DNA of 64,000 bases from contig NW_027266300.1 in assembly GCF_022045235.1 (NCBI RefSeq), positions 1,364,001 through 1,428,000 of the forward strand, written 5' to 3'. A program made the translations under genes and the position numbers. Below, in pieces: positions 12,560 through 23,599 of the stretch. Source of the stretch: Haliotis cracherodii (Eukaryota). The first letter of the stretch is position 1. The number at the start of each line of letters is the position of its first letter. The notes under the pieces are model-generated. The model had not been told where the DNA came from. It was given only the letters and a program-made list of their open reading frames with translations, and ran no database searches.

Positions 12560-13240
12560 GTGTTTTCACAGTTGATATATAGTTGATATATATGGAACCG
12601 AAATACAATATGTTGAAGCAAAACCTGTTGTGTATCAGATTATGGTTATGCAATGTTGTGTTATAACGATAGATCACGAGAGCGAAACGTGTGTCCTGTG
12701 ATACATGTGTTTTGGGACACTGGCTGGTTACACCCAAGTTGATGGTCATTAAAATTGTTCAGAAGTCCTTGACAATTCCATTGTATTAAGGTAGCAGAAC
12801 AACTCATGGGGGTTTAACTGGAGATCGTGCGCGGGAGGAAGACCCTCTCCGTTGAATTGGCGAGGAGGTTCAAAGGGGTTACACTTGATCATAGCAACTT
12901 ATCAAACTTGATGAGAAGATCATTTCAGAACATGCACAATTAGGAAAATCACAAACGAATCATTGTTTCTGGGCCACAACTGTCATAATAATTTTCTTTC
13001 ACACGTTTGCGTTAAATCGGTGATAACTTCAAATTGACAGGTCAAATCATGCGGATTCCTGATGTCAAAGGAGCCGACTTGTCTGCAGCCGTTAAAGCGT
13101 CTTGCCTGCACCCTAAAACGCTGCTGTTCAGCCATACTCCAGTTCCATTGGTAATCACCTCGTCCCAGCAGGCTCAATCCCAGTGTATCTACAGGTTAAT
13201 GATGAACCACATCATAGATCGGGGTTGTCATCTTGCTTTG
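12560..13240 (-). mobile_element. Highly decayed LINE fragment (start of APE endonuclease)
   Basis: Minus strand near 12750-12810 reads MSCSATLIQWNCQGLLNNFND, the IIQWNCxGL start of LINE ORF2. Confidence 0.4.
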
Positions 13241-13299
13241 TAACCTGTCTGCTGAGGCACGGAAAATGTAAACAATGACAGCCTTATTGACAGTTTTGA

Positions 13300-13595
13300 G
13301 TGAGTGAGTGAGTGAGTTTGGTTTAACGCCGCTTTTAACAACTGTAATTTACAGTATTCCAGTCATATCCGGCGTGTCAGCTTAGTGTGGGAGAAAAGCC
13401 CGAAGTGATGCAGGTCTCAGACATTTATCACTTCGGTGAAACCAACGAGCACGGGTATGGTGCTGACAAACCTAGAAACATAATCGGGGCGAACCGGGAT
13501 TCGAACCCACAATCATAGGTTTCTGGCGTGCCTAAGGGGCACAACTCTGCACAGCGAATCGCTGTGCCTTAGACGACTGTGCCACCCGTGCCCCC
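13300..13595 (-). mobile_element. Full-length tRNA-derived SINE, family C
   Basis: Perfect 11-bp TSD GACAGTTTTGA (13289-13299/13596-13606); B box GGTTCGAATCCC; (ACTC)n tail; related copies at 25087-25342 (+), 54880-54996 (-), 58230-58365 (-). Confidence 0.88.
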
Positions 13596-14419
13596 GACAG
13601 TTTTGAAGTGTGAGTAACTGTGATGTAGGTCAAGTTCTGCCACATCGTTGTGGAGAGGTGTTTGTTTATTTTGATTTTTTTATTATTAACTGGGTTTGAT
13701 TGCTATCAAACTAATAAGACTTACACATGCAAACTATATAGTAGAATGTTTATTCATGAAGTTTATTGTAGAAATATATTCGTTATGCATTTTAAGAACT
13801 TCCACAACCTGTCACCCCTACAATGAAAATGGCATGTTCTATTTTAGAAATGACTTCTCTGGGTGATTTCCAAGAAATAACTTGGTGAGTCCAAACAGTG
13901 CGCAGCAGGTTTGTTGAATTGAAATTAAAACACCTGTCTTTGGACTAAGTTTGGAGGGTTATTTGTCAACGTCTGTTTGACAAACGGAGTGTTTTGAACA
14001 CTTATTTTGAACTACTCAAGACTATGGTGTTTTTAATCCTGTACGTTAGTAATGACTGCTACCTATATTACTACCTATGACCACTTTTTGGAATGTTCTA
14101 AGATTGTGGACGTGTGTACCCTGTGTTGTTACACATTGCAAGAGAGCACCGTTTTCAAAGCGTTGTTGCCATCATGGTAGAATGGCGATAAACCTACTGT
14201 ATTTTGAAATTTGATGAACTCGCACTGTAGAGAAGATACCTCTTATTTATACACTTGAAACCTCGTGCTGAAGTGGTCAGTTCAAAATTAAACTAAGAGG
14301 TAACTACTCTACAGTGGGACTACATCAAATTTTAAAACACAGAAGGCTTAGCTCCTAAATCGACTCTGCGTTATGCAGATATTTCTATTGGATATAGAAA
14401 GGGTATTGTTGCTTTATTT

Positions 14420-15140
14420 CATATGGATTTCATAATAAAAACAACTTCCAAGATGAATTACTCAATGAGAAAACTCAAACATCTACTCAGAGCATGCTTT
14501 GAATACATATATGAGGTATGGGGTGGTTGCCAACGGACAACGTGGAATATTAGAAAATTACAATTAGAAGCTGCACACATTGTAACTAGCCTACCTCAAT
14601 ATGCTCCAGGCAGCAGTTTTATTGAGAAACCGGGTGAGAACCCTTAGTTGAGCTTAGAAAGAAACATTAACTTTGTCTTTTCTTCAAAACAAATTCCTAT
14701 CTGTCAGATATTCTACTAAACACTGATGCTACTAAAACTCTTTAGAAACTCTGAAAACACCAGTGCTGTTCTTATTTTCCGTTATCAGACCAAAATTCTA
14801 CGATTTTCTGTTCTTTACAAAAGTACCCCCTACGTCACCCACGTACTTGATAAACTACACTATAATATCTTACAGACAAAACTGCGGATACATGTGCAGT
14901 CAATCAAATTATGATTTATATGGAATTAGTATAAAAGAACACCCTACCTGTACGTGTTTATCTCATTAAATGAATATTGTTTAGTCACCAGTGTGTATTT
15001 ATGATTAACAGCCTTTAAAATATTGTTCATAACATACATGGTGGTGTGAATCTTTTGTTACACGGCATAACATGTCACGTTTTTACAGATAATGATAATG
15101 AGATAATATATGTAAGACAGCCTAACATTATAAATGACAG
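14420..15140 (+). mobile_element. Decayed CR1-like LINE 3' portion
   Basis: FEYIYEVWGGC...KLQLEAAHIVTSLP resembles the post-RT EY..VW..C...LEKIQLEAARIVTG region. Confidence 0.55.
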
Positions 15141-15348
15141 ACTATAACATATGTGTAAAGAACTGTTCTCTGAACAATGCATCTTTCTCTCCTCTCTCTA
15201 TCTCACAGACACACTCAGTATTGCATGTATACAGACTGAATTAAATACCAGGGAGATGCAATCTAAAGTAACATGTCCTCCAGTACCTTTCGCTTCTTGT
15301 AAATCAATATATTCAAATCAGCGAGTGGAAAGCGTACGTATGACAAAT

Positions 15349-16686
15349 CTAGCATTTCCTCACTGGCTCCATGATAGCCGCAAAATAATGCTCAGAAGGG
15401 CACTTGATGAGCACACCTGAAATACTCCTCCTTTTCTTGAATACACTTCCTATATGTATCAGATGAGACAAGGTGTACGTTCTCCTTGGTATGCTTAGTC
15501 GGATAAAGTGCTGTTGCTTGGGATTCTCCCGTTCGTTGGTATCATCGACTTTCAAGACATCATGGAGATGTTTACATCGTATGCCACCTTCTACATACAG
15601 GGCACAGTGCAGGGCCCAAGCTGGATACTGTTCTGTGGGAATGTGGGGTAAACATTTGGCAGCGTTAATGTAGATGGCACTTCCTACTGGCTCTACTAAT
15701 GGGACGCCGGCCTTCTTCAAGATGTCTCCAAATGTGGTCAAGCTTTCAACTCTGTACTTCAGATACCTGTCATCCGTTCCTTCCCAGAGACCTCTAGCTA
15801 CAGCTTCCATATCCCGGCTAGATATCCCACCATGGTTGGAATTGCCTTCAATGTAGATCATTCGTCGTTTGAATTTTCCGTATATATCAGAGAGTCGAGT
15901 GGCGAAAAAGCCACCAATGTTACACAATCCATCCTTTTTAGCAGACATGTACATTCCATCAAAGTAGGAGAACATTTCCAGAGCTATATCTCTTGCGGGT
16001 ACATCTTGATACATCTTGTTTCGTGTTTTGATGAAATATGCATTTTCTGCAAAACGACATCCATCCATAAACAGAGGGGTATCATGCATCTTGCAGATTT
16101 CAGAAACATGTTTGATGTTTGCCATGGATACTGGCTGTCCTGCTTGATTGTTGCTGGTCAGGGTCAAGATGACAATAGCCTTGCCTGCATCCACCTCCCT
16201 GAGCTCTTCCTGCAACCGTGCACAGTCAAGATCTCCATTGAAGTATCCACCAGCAACTTGTTTGCAAGGAACATCTACCACTATCGCTCCACTGAGTTCA
16301 GCATTTTTACGCCCTGTGATATACATTGTGTTACTGAATACAGTGAGACCTGGCCTAGCTAGAACTGAGAAGAGAATATGTTCTGCTGCTCTGCCTTGGT
16401 GAACGGGAAGAATGTATGGAAATCCAGTTAAACGTTTGATGCTATCAACAAAAGCGTCAAAGCTCTCGGGATTGATGCAACCTTCGCTTGTATCCACCAT
16501 GGCAGCCCACTGGTGTTGGCTCATTGAAGCCATGCCGGAATCACTCCAAAGGTCAAAAGTTACATACTTGTCTTTGATCTGGAACGGATTGTAGCCGCTT
16601 TCATGTAGAATTTTCAATCGTTCTTCTCTGGTTGGATTCGGCAATGGTTCCACCATCTTAATGCGGAAGGGCTCAATGAATGACAT
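15349..16686 (-). CDS. tnaA: Tryptophanase/tyrosine phenol-lyase family PLP-dependent beta-eliminating lyase (TnaA-like), single coding exon, 445 aa
   Basis: Motifs EPFRIK, GYNPF, DLxxDSG, HQGRAAE, GQPVSMAN, DxxRFAENAYFIK, MSAKKDG (PLP Lys251), GG..RDMEA, PHIP..QYPA, RLSIPRRTYT; uninterrupted ORF; the symbol denotes family resemblance, not proven activity. Confidence 0.93.
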   Translation of the reverse strand: MSFIEPFRIKMVEPLPNPTREERLKILHESGYNPFQIKDKYVTFDLWSDSGMASMSQHQWAAMVDTSEGCINPESFDAFVDSIKRLTGFPYILPVHQGRAAEHILFSVLARPGLTVFSNTMYITGRKNAELSGAIVVDVPCKQVAGGYFNGDLDCARLQEELREVDAGKAIVILTLTSNNQAGQPVSMANIKHVSEICKMHDTPLFMDGCRFAENAYFIKTRNKMYQDVPARDIALEMFSYFDGMYMSAKKDGLCNIGGFFATRLSDIYGKFKRRMIYIEGNSNHGGISSRDMEAVARGLWEGTDDRYLKYRVESLTTFGDILKKAGVPLVEPVGSAIYINAAKCLPHIPTEQYPAWALHCALYVEGGIRCKHLHDVLKVDDTNERENPKQQHFIRLSIPRRTYTLSHLIHIGSVFKKRRSISGVLIKCPSEHYFAAIMEPVRKC

Positions 16687-16710
16687 TCTCTAAAATGAAA
16701 AGGTATTTGA
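16687..16710 (-). promoter_or_regulatory. Spliceosomal 3' acceptor directly upstream of the lyase ATG
   Basis: Minus strand reads tcaaataccttttcattttag|AGA ATG: polypyrimidine tract, TAG, and A at -3. Confidence 0.75.
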
Positions 16711-16738
16711 ATTTGAATTGAATTACATTAAAAACAAT

Positions 16739-19150
16739 TGAGTGAGTGAGTTAAAATTAAAGTCTCATCGGCAATATTTCAGCCATATCGTGACTATCAA
16801 GGGCTAAACATAATAAATTCATTTACACTATATAAACACCTGCGGACATAGGACAGTAAAATAACTAAACGTATCACAGAAAAAATAGGGTAGGCCTAAA
16901 TGTACTTTGAATGATGTGGAACTTCCTTAAACCCCCTTCAACAGTACAGACACTGAAATCTCATATTCTACTAATATTAAAACGACATTAAGATCTTTTA
17001 GAAAATCAAGTTCTTTCCAACAATTCAATTTCCTGTTAAAATCCAGTAATCAAGCGAGAAATATAACCATTAAAAAGATCCTTGGGAGATGATGATTTGA
17101 AATATTTATCCCTCGTCATGGCAAAATCAATAGTCAATCGCAACATGCTTGAGTGTGATTCTCTCATCAAAATGGAGGATCCCAACCTTTCAATAAGTAT
17201 TCATGTGTATATTTGCTATGGCCAATTCTACATGGTCATATTATGACCTCTTCAAATCTGGACAGACAACCTAAGCAAGTGTAACAGAAAGTTGGTTTTA
17301 TTTCATGTGATATCTTTATACATACTTGCGTGTCCCATTTCTTTTGCTTAGGAATTTTGATGTAACATCTAATTCTAATTCCAAAATTTCAAGTAAAAGT
17401 GGATGTTTTCATAGGAAATGTTCTTAATGGCCTGAAGACAGGGAATCGGGAAAAAGTATGAACTGTTTATGTTTAGATTGAGCATATATACATTTAAGAG
17501 CTGTAAACATTGCGTTTGATTCTTCTGTTAAAATTAAACTATATTTGGTAATCTTGATGACATAGTTGTCAGTCGCAAGTACATCACCATCTTTGTATTC
17601 ATCTAGAAATATAGATTTGTAAGTGCTATATGTGTTACGCAACTGATTATATTGTCGTAGGTAGATGAGTTACTTGTAGTTTCTTTCTGATTTCTTGACT
17701 TTAGTTAATGACAGGTCAACCAACTGTACCAACTGCAATGGTGAAGAAGACATGGTGGAGAGTTCTATTTTGAAGATTGATATTGGCAGCAGGAATGGAT
17801 GTTCTGATGGCTCCAAGGCAAAGATAGACACTGGATGTTGGTTATCAAAAACTTCATGTTGAACAAAATACTCTAACTAAATGGTCAACAATACTTCGAT
17901 TTTTCAGAAATCTGCACTGAATATTTGTAAATAAATTATTACATCTAAAGTTCCATATCAATCTATTGTTGACCATGCGTTCCGTGGTTTTGCAAACGAA
18001 TCTGGTCAAGGAAATAGATCTATAATTGGAAGGATCAGTGTGATCCCGTCAAGGTTTAGGTATGGGAACAACTATGGCATCACGTCATGAAGACAGAAAT
18101 TTTCCTGACGCCCAAATTTTATGAAATATTAATAGGTCTTCAAAAAAAATCAGGCTTTCTGTATAATGATTTCACTGGCCAATAAATATCCTTTATATTA
18201 CTACCAAACTGACATTATTTATATTATGAATATGGCTGTAGATAAACAGATCCCTTAGTTAAGTTAAGATATTAACCAGATCCTCAAAATCTGCATCAAA
18301 AGGCTCTGTCCGGTACACAACCCAGAACACCCAACTGATCCGTCATGGGGAAAAGGAATATCAACAAATCCGTATTGAATTAGGAAATTTGCACCTGTTG
18401 CACACGTGCGTATCATTGGAAATATGCCAGTCAAAATGACAACAAATCAAAAACCTTTTGTCTGAAAAAACATGAAAGCGAACGCTGTATTTTAGGGCAC
18501 ACAATTCCATGCCTCGGCGTTTTCAGGCATGTGTCAGAGCCCAAGGTGAACATAACCTCGGTGCTCCCAGCTTCGTTCTGAGCCTCTGTGACGTCATCCA
18601 CCGGCGTGTTCCTTACGGATTTTATTGTCAACATTTAATGTGATGGTTATGTTTGGTTCAGTTGGTTTTCTATCAATGAATTAGAATACACACCATCTGA
18701 ACATTGAATTGTTTTTTCAATGTCTTTTTTAATATATGTCATTTATTCAAGATTGTTTTTCAGATCTGTGCTGTTAGGAAGGTGAAGATTGAGACAATCT
18801 GTAGCTTGATTTGGTCAAGATGGAGGCGTACAGACGGTTTGTTTTTGTTGCCTTCGAAAATTGTTAATGTCCCCGTAAATTCTACAGTTAGGAGGTGTTC
18901 TACTTAGCAATGAAAACTCATAAGATGCAGAATAAGAATGTCCGATCAACAAGTGCCCACACCCGTGTAAATCAAGAGAAAGAAGAGGCCAACAATTGTA
19001 AACTATACCTCTTGACTCGAGTTTATTTGGAGATTCTAATCTTGATGTTATCTTGACTATCAAAATCAACCAATTCCGTTAAATTGGCTTGGTAGAAATA
19101 GCTTTGATATATCCTAAAGCCCAAACCCCTGCTCCTACTTCCTTAATATT
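16739..19150 (-). mobile_element. Decayed I/Nimb-like LINE remnants, including a 3' end with (ACTC)n tail
   Basis: Minus strand ~17235-17110 reads CRIGHSKYTHEYLLKG..PP...TLKH; 3' tail GCTGAAATATTGCCGATGAGACTTTAA..(ACTC)n at 16739-16795; weak RT-like remnants near 18.9-19.15 kb. Confidence 0.55.
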
Positions 19151-19317
19151 AAGATTTGAGAGGTGAAAGAAGAATATCCCATTCAATTCAACTGTGTCGT
19201 GTTGACCAGATATAAACGTCTGTACCCTTGACCATTATTCATTTCTTTTTGCGGTACTTAGTATTGTATTACTGACCAGAGATTGGGAATAGTCAGTATG
19301 GTGGAAATGTATTTCAA

Positions 19318-20597
19318 ACAAGAGACGTGCTAAACAATTTAAAAAATACTGCTGATACAAAAGTGATTAATGTAACAAAAATGTAACACATTATTGATGC
19401 TTACGTTGTGCGTCAAAATGAGATTTTAGCTTCAGAGAACTGTAAACTTGTCCACGTGGTATATTGAGGTCCTGAGATATTCTGAAACACGTTCATACAA
19501 ACAAATGAGAAGCCATTAGAGTACCACTCTAGCTGTATATATGTCCAAATACTCAAACATGCTTTTGGTCACTATTCACAACCGGTTCTTCATATCCAAT
19601 CGATTAAACATTTTGATTCAGCGCAGGAGGACAAATGCAAAATTCGTCCTCTTCAAATGATTAATCGATTAGAGTATTTCTCTGTAATCTGTCTGTCCGT
19701 ATACAAGAGTAGTTATTGTTCTATCAAAACAATACCATTGATTTGGGATTCGGAATTTTGTATTTCTGTCAAGTACACACCAATATGAACAGTCAAAATC
19801 AAATTTGTTGCCATGGAAACAGAATTTGTTTTCTATACACACCGTAGTAGCAAAAGGCAAACTGGTGTGTGCAAAGTGTCATGAAAGAATACCTATCAGT
19901 TTTAGAGATATAGTCTGGACAAACACACCACTATGAACAGAGTCCAAGTCAAACTTGTTGCCATGGAAAATAATTCCTAAATAACAAAAAAACACCACTT
20001 CAGTACTTGGTTAATACATGTACCAGGTTAGGATGAAAAGTCTTTCACAGTTTTCAAGTTGTGCACCTACCCCTACATTCTTAGACTAAGTCCAAATTGT
20101 TTCCATGGAAATCAAGAAAAAATAAAAATGCCAATAATCCGCAAATAACAAAAGCTACCACAACAGGATCTGTGTGATATATCTGCCAAGTTTTGTAGAA
20201 AAATACAGAACGGTTTTCGAGTTACGCTCAAGAAACCAAAAACAAGTCGCGCAAAATTATCCGTGAAACCAGCAATCGTGTCCGTGTCCAACTTCTTTCC
20301 ATAAAGATTTTTAAAAGATTTGTTTTTTGAAATTTCAAAATAGCAAAAGGTACCACTTCAGCGTGGAATGATTCGATCAAATATACTGAATGGTTTTTGA
20401 ATTCTGCCCTGGAAACGAACCCCATCTCCAATGGAGTCTATGTCCAACTTCTTTCCATAACAATTTAAAAAAAAATATCAAAAAATCCCAAAATATCAAA
20501 AGGCACCACTTCACTATGTGACTGATAGATTTGACAAGTTTCGATCAAATACACTGAATGGTTTTCGAGTTCTGCCTCGGAAAAGGAAATGATTGCG

Positions 20598-20629
<32 letters not shown>

Positions 20630-20675
20630 GACTGGCTGATCACTTTATCCCCCTGCATTATATGCCGGGGGATAA
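19318..20675 (+). mobile_element. pearl/HINE-like non-autonomous element with internal tandem core repeats
   Basis: Starts ACAAGAG after an A-run; repeated ~150-170 bp core (AAAAGGCACCACTTC...TTGCCATGGAAAC); (GACG/GACA)n microsatellite; terminal hairpin TATCCCCC...GGGGGATA; related element at 37457-37942. Confidence 0.65.
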
Positions 20676-20949
20676 TAAAAAAGTTGTTCATCCATATATC
20701 TTATCCTTACTAAAAATCATTTCACATAACATCAGTTTCAAAATCGGTGACTTTCATGTGGATCAAATGTGGTGATATTGTTAGAAAACTGTCAACTGCA
20801 ATAAAGCGGCGCATTACCAACCAAAGATTGCCCCAAATGAACTTGCGTTACCGGCTTGTCCTGGTCTTTGCATCAGAAAGTCTGTTACACCATGTGCAAC
20901 ATGTGGGTGGGCGGGCATTATCCTGCTTCAACGTGACATTACGTTTTTG

Positions 20950-21634
20950 CATTTGCAACGATGTCGTCCCGTTACCGTACGGCGCCTGTTGACCTTTGCA
21001 AGACTCATCTGTGAACAGGATACTGCACCAGTCTTCTCTTCTGTACCTCAGATGGTGTCTACACCAAGCTATGCGTGCCCGGCGTTAACGTGGCAGCTTC
21101 TGCTATTGACTGGTCTCAACCCAGGAAGTCCGAACTGTTAATGTTGCAGTTTGGTATCGATTCCGTAGATGTACAAACCGAATATGGTTGTTTTCTTGAC
21201 GTGACTCCCGTGGCAAGTCATCGGTGTTGCCTGCTGTAGATAACGTTTCCAAAGAGATGATATTGAGTATTGATGAACATTAAAATGTTTCGCAGCTTCA
21301 CTTTTCGCAACTGTTGTTTGAAGCATACCCAAGGCGTGTAGACGTTGACTTTCAGCAAGACGTGGCCTTGTGTAAGCGTTATTTACGGTTAAAGAAAAGT
21401 GTTTTTATGAGCACCTGATGAGTCAACGATCATTGTGTGCTGTTCACTTAAAAAAGCCTGTGCGTGATCATCATGCTTCCAACAAACACACAAACATCCA
21501 AATTGTGTGAATCAAACCTTTAATGTCGAGGAGATGCCTTCATGAATAAGCATTGAAAAGGTGCAATATTACATTTCAGAATAGATCTAATTTTTAACTA
21601 TATATGAAAGACAGTTACGTTTTTCCGTTAGTAT
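20950..21634 (-). mobile_element. Truncated Tc1/mariner element (N-terminal transposase remnant)
   Basis: PRLAESQRLHALGMLQ...AAKHFNVHQYSISSLWKRY helix-turn-helix similar to the neighbouring Tc1; TIR-like end at ~21615-21634. Confidence 0.65.
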
Positions 21635-21866
21635 ATTCTATAAATAAAATCGGTTCTGATTAGTGTCAAAGAAGGTATTCAACCATGGAGTATGTTGTTT
21701 TTGTGACATGTTTGACGTTCAGAGAAAAATATATGCAACTCAATTAACACAGGAAAGTAATCATAATATATGGAACTGCAATGGAGAATTTTTATAATTA
21801 AAACATTCATGATCTAATCAGAAGCATTCCAAAAATGCACAGAAATAGCCAAAATCGAAACAAATA

Positions 21867-23343
21867 TACTCAACAACAAAAGTTCCCGTGACACCAATAT
21901 TTTAGTGTATATTTCGAACAAGTAAAGTTTGGTTTTCAATATTGTAGTACATGTATGGAATCAGGTCACAAAAACGCAACTGCTACAGAAAAGCATGAAT
22001 TCCACGCAAAAGTTGACTTTTATGCAAGTCCCATGTATTTCACCACCCAAAAATGGGTATAAAAAACATGTGCGTTAAGGGGATTCCAAATGCATTGTTT
22101 AGCCTCGTGCTGACAACCACTCAGAAAAACAGCAAAATTTTGCAAGTATTCAAAATTACTAAATGCCACGCCTGTCCGAAAATGAGCGTCTGCGAGCCAT
22201 TGGTGTGCTTGAAGCAGGATCGAGTCAACGTCATGTTGCAAGACAATTTAACGTCCACAGAGACACCATTTGATGTTTATGGCATCGTTGGCAACAGACG
22301 AATGCAGTCAGAGACCATTCTCGGAGTGGCAGGCCACGCGTAACCAATAATCGACAAGATAACTGGATTCGAGCAACACACCTACGAAATCGATTCCAGC
22401 CAACAACAGTGACTGCAAGAAGCATCCCTTGGCTTCGACGAATATCTTCACAAACCGTACATCGTCGCCTCAGATGTGCAGGGATTGTCGCCAGAAGATC
22501 CGCCAGACGTCCCATTTTGACAGGAAACCACCCTCAAACACGTCTACAGTGGTGCAGCGTTTACGCTGGATGGCCATGCAGTTCACTGACGAGTCTCGTT
22601 TTCATCTCAGCCACAACGATGGAAGGATTCGAGTATGCCGACGTCGAGGTGAACGTTACGTCAATCATTGTGTCACGGAAGAAGAACGGTTCGGGGACGG
22701 CAGCATCATGGTATTGGTTGATATTACAGCAAGACAGAGGACCCGTTTGATAGTGGTAGAGGGAAATCTCAATGGACAGCGCTACCGCGACGAGATCATC
22801 GGCCCTGTTATTCTACCGTTTTTGCGTCGTCATGGCCAAGGCATTACCTTTCAACGTGACAACGCCCGGCCTCATATTGCTCGACTTGTTCAGGGTTCTC
22901 TCCTTAACAAAACAACGTGAATGTCATCCCCCTGGCCGGCTCGCTCCCCTGTTCTGTTACCAATCGAGCACATCTGGGATGAGATTGATCGGCGCCTTCG
23001 ACGTCAACCACGTGTTCCACAGACACTCCAGGAACTTTGAAACATGCTCCAGCAGATAAGGACAGATATCCCACAGGACTTTGTGCGACACCTGGTCCAT
23101 TCCATGAGACGAAGATGTGTTGCTTGGGTCGCAACCAGAGGTGGACACACACGCTATTGATTTGTAAATTGACATTTTGGCATGTTCATGTTATTTTTAT
23201 GAAATCAGTATGGCAAATTAAACCATTTGAACACTTACAGGAGTCTTTTATCTGTTGCAAACCGAAATTGGTTCAGATTTGGTAAAAAACATAACTTTGA
23301 ATTAAATCTTATTCAATGTCACAGGAACTTTTGTTGTTCACTA
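21867..23343 (+). mobile_element. Full-length but decayed Tc1 transposon
   Basis: 27-bp imperfect TIRs TACTCAACAACAAAAGTTCCCGTGACA / TGTCACAGGAACTTTTGTTGTTCACTA with TA on both sides. Confidence 0.9.
22163..23160 (+). pseudogene. Tc1 DDE transposase pseudogene
   Basis: MPRLSENERLRAIGVL...FTDESRF...FQRDNARPH...SPVLLPIEHIW...GGHTRY*, with stops and frameshifts. Confidence 0.88.
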
Positions 23344-23599
23344 TATTTTCATGCAGTGATGCTACACACGTTTTATTATGGTATTATGGGGCACGGATGG
23401 CCCAGTCGTCAGAACAGAAGTTTATTTACGCTCAGGTTCGTTGGTTGGTTGTTTTTTTAACGCCGCACTCAGCAATATTCCAGCTATATGACGGCGGTCT
23501 GTAAATAATCGAGTCTGGACCAGACAATCCAGTGATTAATATCATGAGCATCGATCCACGCAATTGGGATCGATGACATGCATCAACCAAGTCAGCGAG

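Noticed and set aside
15473-16594. Plus-strand ORFs overlapping the lyase
   Set aside because: Antisense shadows with no recognisable motifs
15349-16686. Bacterial contaminant sequence as the explanation for the lyase
   Set aside because: No adjacent bacterial genes or ribosome-binding site, host repeats close on both sides, and a splice acceptor at the ATG; read-level confirmation is still needed
18589-18596. CRE palindrome TGACGTCA ~1.9 kb upstream of the lyase
   Set aside because: A single 8-mer among repeat relics with no supporting core promoter or strong donor
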